Assembly (NCBI GenBank): GCA_963761335.1
Contig: CAVXGR010000018.1
Coordinates: 480,001 to 544,000, forward strand
Direction: 5' to 3'
Origin: an uncultured delta proteobacterium
Lineage (GTDB): Bacteria > Desulfobacterota > Binatia > HRBIN30 > BPIQ01
DNA length: 64,000 nt
The position numbers and the translations under genes were made by a program. Positions within the stretch are counted from its first letter, which is position 1; every line of letters begins with the position of its first letter. The notes under the pieces are model-generated. The model was not told the origin of the DNA and did not search any database. It saw nothing but the letters and a program-made list of their open reading frames with translations. Positions 19,952 to 29,561 of this stretch are shown in pieces.

Positions 19952-22900
19952 CGCTTCACCTCCATCGGCTCGTTGGGGCGCTCGCCGAACATCTCCGGCG
20001 CGTACAGCGCCTCCACCCGCGTGGGCGGCAGCTGAAAGCGACCGCTCTGGTTCAGGCGAATGGTGTACTCGACGGTGAAGCGGCCCTGCGGAACGAAGTC
20101 GTAGTACGCCCGGTACGCGGCCGCGGCGCGCTCGGCGAACGCCGGAATCGCCCCCTGCTGCTGCTCGCCTTCGGCGGCGATGCGCGAGTCGCGCGCCAGT
20201 CCGCCGCCGACGTGCGCGGCGCCCGCGGGGATCGGGTCGTCGACCACCACCCAGGTCATCTCGCTCTGGGCGTCGATCTCCAGATGCACGCGCAGGACAT
20301 CGCCTCGGGTGAGCTGCCCGGGGGTTGCCGATTCGATCGGGGTGATGGTTTTGGAGATGCGATAGCCGCTGGCGAGCGCCTCGCGCAGGGGAACGGCGGC
20401 CCGCGTCGAGATCGTCACCCACGGGGTGCCGCCGCCGTCGTGGTCGACGCGCAGGGTGGCCGGTGCCTCCGGCCAGGCAAACGACAGGGTGCGGCTCTCG
20501 CCTGGCTCCGCCCAGTCGACGCGCTTCTCCTGGCCGGCAAGCGAGGCGGCGGTGGTGCCGCTCACCGGCGCCTTCTCGAAGGCTTCCGAGAAGGCGCGCA
20601 TCGCCAGCACACCCCAGGCATTCGACACGGTGCAGTCCCAGTGACCGTGGCGCTGGCGCAGCAGAGCGCCGCGCGCCAGGCGGGGCAGGTCATCCCGCCA
20701 CCGGTTCTGCCGCGCCAAGTGCAGTACCAGGCGCAGTGGATTGGTATCCGGGCAGACCATCAGCCACCACAGATTGTCGCCTGCGCCCGAGGTGGAGAAG
20801 GCCATGGTGGTCCCTTGCAGGTTCAAGCGCGCCCGCAGGATCCGCTCGGCCTGCTGCATGCGTGCGGCGCGCTGCGGCGCCGATTTGAGGCGCTCGAGGA
20901 TGCTCCACCAGTCGAGAATCGCCGAGGTCGGCCACAGATCCGGCTCGACCGCCAGCGTCTGCAGCATCGCCGGCTCCGCCTTGCCGGCGCGCGCCAGGGC
21001 CTCGATGGCGCTGAGCTTGCGGATCGACAGGTCGGCGGCGGCGATGTCGCCGCCGCGCCGGATGGAACCTTGGACGAACTTGCGCAGACCGCTCTCCATG
21101 GCGGTGGCCGTGTCGGCGGGGAGGTCGAGGCCCGCGGCATTCGCTATCGCCAGCACGTAGGCGGTGAGCACCTCGCTGCCGTGCGGCATCGCCGGGAAGT
21201 ACTTGAGCAGTCCGTCGGCGTCGAGATACGCCGGCAACGAAGCCGTGATGGAGGTCCACATCTCGGCATCGCCCAGGGCGACGGCGCGCGAGACGCGTTG
21301 CTCGAGGCAGGTGTACGCGTAGTGCCGCATCCAGCCGCGGACCCCCTGGAGACCGCCGAGCAGGGTCGGCGCCAGGTCGACGTCGACGCCGCCGCGGCCG
21401 GGGAGGGCGTTGGCCGGCGCGTTCACCTGCTGCTCCAACGGCTTTTCCCAACGCCGCAGGGTCGCCTGCAGCGTCTGCACGGGCACCGCCGGCTCGACCG
21501 GCTGCGTCACCTGCAGGTGATCCTCGGCTCCGCCCGATTCGGAGGCTTCGAGGTGGTAGGTCAAGGAATCGGCGCCCGCGGGCGCGGTCAGCTCCCAGCC
21601 GACGATACGCGACTCCCCCGGCCGCAGCGACAGGCTCTGCAGGGGCATGGCATCCGGGAGCTCGGCGAGCTGGCCGGTGACGTGCACCTGCATCGGCCGC
21701 CCGCTGCCGTTGCGCACCGTGAACTCGGCGCGAAAGTCGTCTCCCTGGCGCACGAAGGGAGAGATGCCCGGCAGCAGCATGAGATCCTGAGTCGAGCGGA
21801 TGGTCGTCGAGCCGGTGCCGAAGCGCTCCAGACCGCCGGTGGCGACGGCGACCAGGCGAAAGGCGGTGAGGGAGTCGTTCAGCGGCACCTCGAGCTGCGC
21901 CTCGCCGCTGGCGTCGAGCGGCACGCGCGCCCGCCACAGCAGCAGAGTGTCGAACAGCTCGCGTGTCGGCTGGCGTCCACCACCGCCGCCCTGCGGCAGT
22001 GCCTTGAGCCCGTAGTGGCGCTTGCCGACCACCTGCATCTGCGCGGTCGCCGTGCGCACCCCATAGCCGCGCTGGCCCATCATCGCCGCAAGGAGGTTCC
22101 AGCTGGCGTTCGGCAGGAGCTCGAGGAGCCCCTCGTCCACGGCCGCGAAAGTGATCTCGCTGCCCGCGGGCGGCGGCGCGCCGTCAGGCGTGCGCACCGT
22201 GACGCTCACCGGCACCTTGTCGCGGACGCGATAGGACTCGCGTTCGGTGCGGACCGCGACCTGGAGCTCATGGATGTCCCAGCCGACGCGGATCTCGGCG
22301 ACGCCGAGCTTGAACGCCGGCTTGCCGAGGTCGACGAGCGTCGTCGGCTGCCCCTCGCCGACGCGGCCGCGAACCACGAGCACGGAGATGAACACGTTCG
22401 GTGACCATTCGGGCCGCACGGGGACGTCGAGCACCGGGTCTTTACCGGACAGCCGTCTGACGTCGCTCTCGAGGACTCCGCCCCGCTCGATGCTCACCAG
22501 CGCCGTCGCCTGCCGGAAGGGCATTCGCACCTGCAGGTGGGCGACCTCTCCCGGCTGATAGCGCACCTTGTCGGGCAGGACGTCGATGCGGTCACTGCTG
22601 CCTTCCTCGAACCACTGCTCTTCGCCTGAGACCCAGACGTCCTCGTGGGTGGCGGAATGGTTCCCGGCGCCGTCGACGACGACCGCCTGCAGTACCAGAT
22701 TCCCGCGCTTGGGAGCGGTGCCCTCGCAGACGAGCACGCCGTTGGCGCGCGTTTGCCCGCGGCACCAGACCCCGAGGGGCGTGCTGGTCTCCTCGACGTT
22801 CTCGTACGCGTAGAACCCGCCGATCAGTCGGGTGCGGTGCGAGTAGGTCTTGCGTTCGAAGACCTGCACCTCGACGGCGGCGCCGATGACCGGATTCCCG

Positions 22901-25650
22901 CCCGTGTCGAGCACGGCGACGCGTGCGGTGAGGTTGTCGGCGTCGTGCACCCAGCGGTCCGGATCGATGCCGACGATCCAGCGGGCCGGCCACAGCGGTA
23001 CGGTAGCCGCGACCGTCTGCCGCTCGCCGTTGGCGTCGCGGAACTCCATCTCCGCCAGCAGCACGCGGAGCCTCGGTGCTTGCGGTAGATCGCTGATCGC
23101 CGCGCGCGCCGCACCCGCCTCGTCGAGGGTGATCTGCTGGCGCTGGTGGACGCCGATCGGTGTCGGCTTGCTCTCCTCTCCGGGCTCGGCGAAGGCGGCT
23201 CCGCGCCGCACCACTCCGGGAGTCACCTCGCCGTTGGCGAAGGTGTATCTCTCGAAGCCGAGCGGCGGCGAAAAGCTCTTGTCGCGGATCTGGCTGCGCA
23301 GGACGACCTCCAGACCACCGGCGCCGCCGCCGGCCAGGTAGCGCACGCTCAGGTCGGCGGGGACCGCGGTGACGGCGACCTGAGGCTCGGCCGGCAGCCG
23401 CACGGCGGCCTTCATCAGCGGCACGCGGTACTCCTCGACGCGAAAGCTCCCGGAGTCGTGCTGCAATGAGCCGTGCTCGCCGCGTTGCTCGATGAGCTCG
23501 ACTCGGTATTGCCCCAGCTTCGCCGCCTTGGGAATCGGCCACTCGTTCACTGCCGTCCCGGCGGCATCCCATTCGAGCGGCAGGTCGTACTTGTCTCCGC
23601 TTCCCTCGTGGCGAATGCGCAGCGAGGTCGGCCACTGCGAGCGCGGCGGCAGGTCGAAGCCGCTCAGCGTCTGCGCCCGCAGAATGTGTTTCATGTGCAC
23701 CGTTTCGCCGGCGCGGAAGAGCGGTCGGTCGAAGATCGTGTGCGCCACCGTCGGGCCGCGATAGTCGTCCTCGGGCAGCTGAAAGCGCCACGGCTCGATG
23801 CCGCGGGTCCAGCTCGAATGCACGAATCCCAGATCGCCGCCGCTCTCGGCGGTCACCAGCAGCCCGCCCGACAGCGAGCTCAACGCCGGAGTCTGAGCGA
23901 AATCGCGGTAGTCGATCTCGTCGGCCTTGGAGTAGAGAGAGCTGTCGTCGCATCGCTGCAGCTTCGCCTCCGCCGGTAAGTCGGCGACGCGGGCAATTCC
24001 CTGCGCGTCCGTGTGGCCGCTCCACAGAACTGTACCGCGGCAGTCGCGGATCTCGACCGCGGCATCGGCGACGGGGGCGCCACCGTCGAGGGTGGTCACC
24101 CAGACGACCGAGCTTTCGCGCCCCCATTCGAGGTGGACCGACAGATTGGTGACCAGGGCCGCAGTTGGAACGTACAGGGACTGGCTGCGGTCGAGGAGCG
24201 CCGCCCCCAGGTTCGGGCTCTGCAGCTCGACGACATACAGCCCGGGCGCTTGGAAGGGGATGCCGACCACTTCGAAGGCGGCGGCGCCGCTCGGCTTGGG
24301 CAGCACGAACGAGCGGACGGTAGCCTCCGGTCGCGGGCCGAATACCGAAGCGACGCGGCGGGCCGCCGCGACGCGGCGGAGCCAGCGCCAGATCTGTCCA
24401 TCGGGAACGCGCAAGATGCGGCCGCGCAGCCCCGTTGAGGCGCCCGCGGGGGCCGGCGATGGGTGCGGCAGCGGTCGGCCGACGTCGCGCAGTGTCACCG
24501 GCAGCACTGGATCCGCCTTCCATTCGACGATGCCGAAGCGGGAGGAGAACTTGGCCAGCGGCGGCACCGCCGCCGTCTCCACCTGGAGAGGGAAGTCGGC
24601 GGTGTTGGCGAGGGTGCGGCCCGACAGATCCTCGAGAGCCGCCGCCAGCTGTACGTGCAGGGTGGATCTCTCCGGAAATGGCGGGGCAAACTCGACCGCG
24701 TAGACGCTCTCCTCGGGGCTCTCGGGCGGTGCCGGTGCCCACTCTTTGCCGCTGGCTGCCGTCAGCCGCATCGCCTTTGCCTGCGCCCACGACACCGGGG
24801 CGGAGAAGCGCACCCGCACAGGAGTCAGCGGAATGCATCCGGCGCGGGAGGTTTCCCGCTGGCACTCGATGGCGGCGGTGAACGGCGCTCGTGTCTTGAA
24901 TTCCAGAACCTGCGGCTGCTCGGTCGCGACGCCGCTTGCGGCGGCGATTCCCCTGTCCCAAACGAGGCGGACGTGCGCATCGCTGGGAAAGCGCTGCTTG
25001 CTCTGCAGCACCAGCACCGTCTCCTTGTTCCAGTCCGGCGGCAGGGTCGAGAGGATCTGCTCCCGCGCCGTACCCGAGACAATCGAGACCCCGACGCTCT
25101 CGGCGATCCCGTCGATCGCGAAGGCGGCGTGATCGAGCAGCGATGATTCCGTCGGCAGGGCATTCGTCTGCACAACGAACGCCTGCTCCTCGTCGATTCC
25201 TTCATCGCCGGCGGAGGGAATGGAGGCGATGATGGCCGGGCCACCCGTGGAGAAGGTGAAGCTCTTCTCGGCGGTGACCGGGGCGCCGGAGAGGGCGCGA
25301 AGATTGTCGCGCAGCGTGAAGAGGCAGCGCACGCCGCCGGGGACATCGCGCTCGAAGTCGTATGCCCAGGTGCGGCTGTCGACCCAGCGGCCCGCCCCCG
25401 TTTCGGAGCAGTCGATGACGAACGGTGCCGCGCCGGCGTGGGGATCGCCGAGCGGCACCATCGGCGCCGAGAACCGCGCCGTGACCTGCCGAACGACGCG
25501 CGCCGTTCCCTGCGGCGAGAAGAGCTCGACGGTCACTGCTTCGCTGGCACCCGGGCGCCCGCCGCCGGCCGCGACCAGAGCCAAGGCCAGCAGCACGCCG
25601 CCGAGCCGCGGCGCGACTCGCTTGCCCTTTCTCGGAACCTTGCAGCTCAC
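19948..25650 (-). CDS. Bacterial alpha-2-macroglobulin
   Basis: 1900 aa with a signal peptide, DRPLFRAGETV (MG2), thioester motif CLEQ, AAVDEG, NDSLT and a C-terminal EALYAPE. Confidence 0.95.
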   Translation of the reverse strand: MSCKVPRKGKRVAPRLGGVLLALALVAAGGGRPGASEAVTVELFSPQGTARVVRQVTARFSAPMVPLGDPHAGAAPFVIDCSETGAGRWVDSRTWAYDFERDVPGGVRCLFTLRDNLRALSGAPVTAEKSFTFSTGGPAIIASIPSAGDEGIDEEQAFVVQTNALPTESSLLDHAAFAIDGIAESVGVSIVSGTAREQILSTLPPDWNKETVLVLQSKQRFPSDAHVRLVWDRGIAAASGVATEQPQVLEFKTRAPFTAAIECQRETSRAGCIPLTPVRVRFSAPVSWAQAKAMRLTAASGKEWAPAPPESPEESVYAVEFAPPFPERSTLHVQLAAALEDLSGRTLANTADFPLQVETAAVPPLAKFSSRFGIVEWKADPVLPVTLRDVGRPLPHPSPAPAGASTGLRGRILRVPDGQIWRWLRRVAAARRVASVFGPRPEATVRSFVLPKPSGAAAFEVVGIPFQAPGLYVVELQSPNLGAALLDRSQSLYVPTAALVTNLSVHLEWGRESSVVWVTTLDGGAPVADAAVEIRDCRGTVLWSGHTDAQGIARVADLPAEAKLQRCDDSSLYSKADEIDYRDFAQTPALSSLSGGLLVTAESGGDLGFVHSSWTRGIEPWRFQLPEDDYRGPTVAHTIFDRPLFRAGETVHMKHILRAQTLSGFDLPPRSQWPTSLRIRHEGSGDKYDLPLEWDAAGTAVNEWPIPKAAKLGQYRVELIEQRGEHGSLQHDSGSFRVEEYRVPLMKAAVRLPAEPQVAVTAVPADLSVRYLAGGGAGGLEVVLRSQIRDKSFSPPLGFERYTFANGEVTPGVVRRGAAFAEPGEESKPTPIGVHQRQQITLDEAGAARAAISDLPQAPRLRVLLAEMEFRDANGERQTVAATVPLWPARWIVGIDPDRWVHDADNLTARVAVLDTGGNPVIGAAVEVQVFERKTYSHRTRLIGGFYAYENVEETSTPLGVWCRGQTRANGVLVCEGTAPKRGNLVLQAVVVDGAGNHSATHEDVWVSGEEQWFEEGSSDRIDVLPDKVRYQPGEVAHLQVRMPFRQATALVSIERGGVLESDVRRLSGKDPVLDVPVRPEWSPNVFISVLVVRGRVGEGQPTTLVDLGKPAFKLGVAEIRVGWDIHELQVAVRTERESYRVRDKVPVSVTVRTPDGAPPPAGSEITFAAVDEGLLELLPNASWNLLAAMMGQRGYGVRTATAQMQVVGKRHYGLKALPQGGGGGRQPTRELFDTLLLWRARVPLDASGEAQLEVPLNDSLTAFRLVAVATGGLERFGTGSTTIRSTQDLMLLPGISPFVRQGDDFRAEFTVRNGSGRPMQVHVTGQLAELPDAMPLQSLSLRPGESRIVGWELTAPAGADSLTYHLEASESGGAEDHLQVTQPVEPAVPVQTLQATLRRWEKPLEQQVNAPANALPGRGGVDVDLAPTLLGGLQGVRGWMRHYAYTCLEQRVSRAVALGDAEMWTSITASLPAYLDADGLLKYFPAMPHGSEVLTAYVLAIANAAGLDLPADTATAMESGLRKFVQGSIRRGGDIAAADLSIRKLSAIEALARAGKAEPAMLQTLAVEPDLWPTSAILDWWSILERLKSAPQRAARMQQAERILRARLNLQGTTMAFSTSGAGDNLWWLMVCPDTNPLRLVLHLARQNRWRDDLPRLARGALLRQRHGHWDCTVSNAWGVLAMRAFSEAFEKAPVSGTTAASLAGQEKRVDWAEPGESRTLSFAWPEAPATLRVDHDGGGTPWVTISTRAAVPLREALASGYRISKTITPIESATPGQLTRGDVLRVHLEIDAQSEMTWVVVDDPIPAGAAHVGGGLARDSRIAAEGEQQQGAIPAFAERAAAAYRAYYDFVPQGRFTVEYTIRLNQSGRFQLPPTRVEALYAPEMFGERPNEPMEVKR

Positions 25651-25779
25651 GCCGGTCTCATCTCACCGGCGCCGGCGGAGTACAAGCTGGGATCGCGGCC
25701 GTCCCGGCCGCTTGCACGGCTTGACGCAGCGACGTCCCCGATGTTAGCCGACCGCCAGGTGGCCAACCGCGCGTACGAG

Positions 25780-27189
25780 ATGCCGAAGCCGACGCAGTCG
25801 TCTCTGCGACGCCGCTGCGTGCGAGCGCTGCTCTCCGTCTGCACCGCTCTCCTTACGGCGGCGCCCTGTGCCGCTGCCTCGCGACCGAACATCCTGCTGG
25901 TCCTGGTGGACACGCTGCGCGCCGATCACCTCGGTGCATACGGATACGGCCGACGGACGTCGCCCTTCCTCGACAGATTGGCGAGCCAGGGGACTCTCTT
26001 CACGCGTGCATACTCGGTGACGTCCTACACTCCCCCGGCTGTGGTGGCGCTACTCACCAGCACCTTTCCCCTGCTCATGGGCGCCAGCGCGCGGATTCCC
26101 GATGCGATTCCGACTCTGGCCGGCGCACTTGCCGACAACGGCTACCGCACGGCGGCGTTCATCGGCAATCGGCTGATCAAGGCCGACCGCGGCTACAGCC
26201 GGGGGTTCTCCCTCTACCGGGCGGCGCCACCGCGGTCCAAGACGGATCACAGCCTCGAAGCCATCAAGGTGCGCGCCGCCGCGATCAGCGAGCCGGCCCT
26301 CGACTGGATCCACGAGGCACAGCGAGACACGGCCCAGCCGGGAGCGCCGTGGTTCGTCTACCTCCACTACATGGAGCCGCACGAGCCCTATCTGCCGACC
26401 GATGGCAGCGGCGCGGCCTTCTGGCGCCATCCCGAGGCGAGCCTCGCGGCAACCCGCGAAGCGATGGGAAGGGCCGCCGAGGCGCACTTCTCCGACCCGC
26501 TGCATCAACGGCTGCGGCTGGACGGTGTCCAAACCGAGGAGCTCGTGGATCTCTACGACGCCGCAATTGCCGATCTGGACGCGGCTCTGGCCCATCTGCT
26601 CGAAGGGCTGGGAGAGGAGACGCGGCGGAACACGGTCATCTGCATCACCGCCGATCACGGGGAGGAGTTTGGCGAGCACGGCGGCTTTCAGCACGCGCAC
26701 TCGCTGTTCGAGGAGCTCATCCACATCCCACTGCTGCTGGTCGGGCCGGGGATTCCCGGCGGGCGCGCCGCCCGACCGGTGCAGATCACTGATATCGCGC
26801 CGACCCTGCTCCATCTCGCCGGGGTCTCCTCTCCAGCGACCTTCATCGGTCACACATTGCTCCCGCCCGCTGCAGAGGAGGGCGGTCCCATCGTCACGCG
26901 GCTGGGGCCGGAGAGCCCGCTTCGCCTCCACCAGCGCGCCCTCGTGGATGGCAACGAGAAGTTGATCGTCGGTATTCGCGACACCGATCTCTTCCTCTAC
27001 GACCTCGGTGCGGATCCCGGCGAGAAACACGACCTGGCGGCTGCCCGTCCCGAGCGCGCCGCGCAACTGGTGGTCGAGCTGCGTTCCGGCATCGCCAAGG
27101 CGGAGCGGCCCGCCTCCACCACCCCCGGGGCGGAGAAGGTCGACGACGCTGTTCGCGAGCGGATGCGACAGCTCGGCTACGACTTCTGA
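25780..27189 (+). CDS. Sulfatase-like / alkaline phosphatase superfamily hydrolase
   Basis: Motifs PNILLVLVDTLRADHL, HYMEPH and TADHGEEFGEHG, ending in RQLGY. N-terminal signal peptide. Confidence 0.88.
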   Translation: MPKPTQSSLRRRCVRALLSVCTALLTAAPCAAASRPNILLVLVDTLRADHLGAYGYGRRTSPFLDRLASQGTLFTRAYSVTSYTPPAVVALLTSTFPLLMGASARIPDAIPTLAGALADNGYRTAAFIGNRLIKADRGYSRGFSLYRAAPPRSKTDHSLEAIKVRAAAISEPALDWIHEAQRDTAQPGAPWFVYLHYMEPHEPYLPTDGSGAAFWRHPEASLAATREAMGRAAEAHFSDPLHQRLRLDGVQTEELVDLYDAAIADLDAALAHLLEGLGEETRRNTVICITADHGEEFGEHGGFQHAHSLFEELIHIPLLLVGPGIPGGRAARPVQITDIAPTLLHLAGVSSPATFIGHTLLPPAAEEGGPIVTRLGPESPLRLHQRALVDGNEKLIVGIRDTDLFLYDLGADPGEKHDLAAARPERAAQLVVELRSGIAKAERPASTTPGAEKVDDAVRERMRQLGYDF

Positions 27190-27277
27190 GAGCGGCTCAG
27201 AGCCGGGGAGGACGCAACGACCCACCCGCCAGGGCAGCCGGCAGGACTTACACGCCGCTGCGGCGCTCGCCAGCGCC

Positions 27278-27892
27278 TCAGCCGGCGGCGCGCAAGACGG
27301 TGACCAGCCCCAGCTGTCCCAGGTGGTAGGTCATGATGATGACCGGTCGCGCCCAGGCAAGGCGAGCGACGAAGCGATCCCAGGCGAGAAGGCAATCCGA
27401 CACCAGGAAGAGCACGGCGCCGATAGAGGCGAGCACGCTTCCGGAAGCGAAGGCGGAAGCCACCATCATGGCGATCACGGCCATGTAGACGGCGATTGCG
27501 GCGCGATTGCCGGCGCCGCCTTCGGCACGCAGGATGCGCAAGCCGACCGGTGCGGAGGCCGCCATCACCACCACCCACCAGATGAGTCGGACGCCGGTGG
27601 TGGCCTGGAAGTCGGCGATGTACGCCAGGTGCGCCAGCAGGAAGGCGGCGAGGCCGGCGGTGAAGAGATTCGCCGGAAGCATCAGGTACACGTCGCCGAG
27701 GAGGGAGAGGAGGAGGGCGATGATCAGCCAGCCGGAGGGCTCGGGGCCGGTCAGCGCAAACACGGTGAGCGCCGCGAGCGCCGCCGGCTTGGCCACATAC
27801 TCGGCGGATGTCTGCTCGTTGGAAACCGCCATCCAGTCGATGATGGCGAACAGCGCGAAGGCGATCAGGGCGATGACGGTGAGGGCGGTCAT
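27278..27892 (-). CDS. YhhN-like lysoplasmalogenase family membrane protein
   Basis: Motifs KP, GDVYLM, FLLAH, SDCLLA and TYHLGQ. Confidence 0.88.
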   Translation of the reverse strand: MTALTVIALIAFALFAIIDWMAVSNEQTSAEYVAKPAALAALTVFALTGPEPSGWLIIALLLSLLGDVYLMLPANLFTAGLAAFLLAHLAYIADFQATTGVRLIWWVVVMAASAPVGLRILRAEGGAGNRAAIAVYMAVIAMMVASAFASGSVLASIGAVLFLVSDCLLAWDRFVARLAWARPVIIMTYHLGQLGLVTVLRAAG

Positions 27893-27947
27893 GGAGCCTC
27901 GCTTGTGGCCGAAGATTGCTGCGAGTGCAACCGGAGAGCCGGGTGAC

Positions 27948-28325
27948 TCACCGGTATGCCGGCTTGGGCACCCAGGTGTCGCCGCTGGGGATGTAGCCGG
28001 CGGCCTCCATGCAGCCTTGCACCGTCTGGCCGCCGTGAGTCACCGCGGGGTGCTGCTTACAGTCCTCGAGAATCTGCTGGAGCGACCCAGGGGGTGCCGA
28101 GCTCGCCCGCGGCATTGGCTGCTCCATTTCCCCAGATGGCGCCTCGGCGGCGGGTGCGGGGCTGGCAGTCGCCGCTGGCGCCGCCTGCTTGGCGGCGCAT
28201 CCCGCGACTGTGATCAGTGCCAGAGCCAGCGACAAGGCGGTGATTGCCCCTCGAAGGCGGGAAAATCCCTGGCCCCGGATGGCGCGGGCCGGCATGCTCT
28301 GGGTGTTGCCGCTGAGAAGATTCAT
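27948..28325 (-). CDS. Hypothetical small lipoprotein
   Basis: Hydrophobic segment ending in the lipobox VAGC, an Ala/Pro linker and a C-terminal Cys pair. Confidence 0.6.
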   Translation of the reverse strand: MNLLSGNTQSMPARAIRGQGFSRLRGAITALSLALALITVAGCAAKQAAPAATASPAPAAEAPSGEMEQPMPRASSAPPGSLQQILEDCKQHPAVTHGGQTVQGCMEAAGYIPSGDTWVPKPAYR

Positions 28326-28725
28326 CGAGTTCTAGCTCCTTGGTTTGGGTAGATCGGTTTTCACTGCGCCACTCTTCTCACCGCAAAATCGCCGGACTGT
28401 CAACGATGGCGGCGGCGGGCGGTCCGCCGGATGGACCCGGCACCCGGGGCGAAGGAAAATCGAGTCTTGCCATTAGCGAGCCAGTGACGTAAAGAAGCGT
28501 CGCGGATATCGCGTGATTCTCTCTCGTGCTGCCCTCGAAGAACTCGTTGGCCTCCGACGACCCCCCCGGTACGGGGATGCCCTCCGACAAGATGCCGTGC
28601 CGTCTCGGCGTTGACCGCGAAGGTGCGCTCTCTCCGGCGGGACGCGATCATCTCCAGCCCCCCGCGGCAGGCTGTCGCTACCACCCTGACGCCCGGTCCT
28701 GACCTTCAAACAAAGGAGAATAGCC

Positions 28726-29151
28726 ATTTCCACCAAAGTCTTCGTAGGTAATCTCAACTTCAACACGACCAAGGATGAGCTCGCGAGTCTGCTCTCTGCG
28801 GTGGGGCGCGTCGTCGACGTGCACATGCCCGCAGACCGCGAGACCGGACGGCCGCGCGGCTTTGCCTTCGTGCAGTTCTCCACTCCGGCGGAGGCGGCGG
28901 AGGCGATTCGTTCGTTCAACGGGCGCGAGGTGGGCGGCCGCAAGCTGAATCTCAACGCCGCCGAGGAGCGCCCCAGGCGAACGGAGGGACCGCGCCCGGC
29001 GCGACCCGCGGCAGCGCCCAGCTTCGCGGCGCCTGAACGGAGCTTCGACGACGACTTCTCTTCCGACCCGTTCGGCCGGCAGAAGCGCCCCTTCAAGAAC
29101 AAGGGGAGCCGTCGCGGCCTGCGGGCTCGCAAGCGCAGCCTGAGCTTCTGA
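28726..29151 (+). CDS. RRM (RNP-1) RNA-binding protein, probable ATT start
   Basis: RNP2 KVFVGNL and RNP1 RGFAFVQF. RBS AAGGAG lies 7 nt before ATT 28726, which is in frame with the tracked ORF. Confidence 0.9.
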   Translation: MSTKVFVGNLNFNTTKDELASLLSAVGRVVDVHMPADRETGRPRGFAFVQFSTPAEAAEAIRSFNGREVGGRKLNLNAAEERPRRTEGPRPARPAAAPSFAAPERSFDDDFSSDPFGRQKRPFKNKGSRRGLRARKRSLSF

Positions 29152-29152
29152 G

Positions 29153-29179
29153 CGCCTGCGGGAGCCTCTCCCGCAGGCG
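29153..29179. terminator. Hairpin between convergent genes
   Basis: 12-bp perfect stem CGCCTGCGGGAG-cct-CTCCCGCAGGCG directly between two stop codons. Confidence 0.6.
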
Positions 29180-29181
29180 GC

Positions 29182-29523
29182 TCAACCGGCGTGCTGATGG
29201 TAGGCGCGGTCGCACTTGGCGGCGAAGACGAAGTCGCTCTCGGTGAGGCCGTCGATCTTGTGGGTCCAGATCTTCACCTCGACCCATCCCCAGCCGAGGG
29301 CCAGATCTGGATGGTGGTTCTGCTCCTCGGCGACCGCCCCGATGCGGTTCGTCAACTCGAGAGCGGCTGCGAAGCTGTCGACCCTGTAGCGCTTGTGCAG
29401 GTGGTGGCGCTCCACCACCGACCAGCTTTCCAGCTGTGCCAGCAGTGGCGCGATCTGCGCCGCGCCGAGGGGGGGCACGCCACCCTTGCAGGGCACGCAT
29501 TTCTTGTCGGCAAGCTCGGTCAT
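29182..29523 (-). CDS. Pterin-4-alpha-carbinolamine dehydratase
   Basis: Motifs CVPCKGG, AEEQNHHPD and WTHKIDGLTESDF. Confidence 0.93.
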   Translation of the reverse strand: MTELADKKCVPCKGGVPPLGAAQIAPLLAQLESWSVVERHHLHKRYRVDSFAAALELTNRIGAVAEEQNHHPDLALGWGWVEVKIWTHKIDGLTESDFVFAAKCDRAYHQHAG

Positions 29524-29561
29524 GTGCACCTTTTCCGGCCCTCTGGCGGCGAGGACCGCGC

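Noticed and set aside
17825..25650. Alpha-2-macroglobulin + pbpC as a novel system
   Set aside because: This is a well-known conserved gene pair.
28330..28700. tRNA, SRP, 6S or tmRNA in the large intergenic region
   Set aside because: No T-loop/CCA cloverleaf or other recognisable consensus was found by eye.
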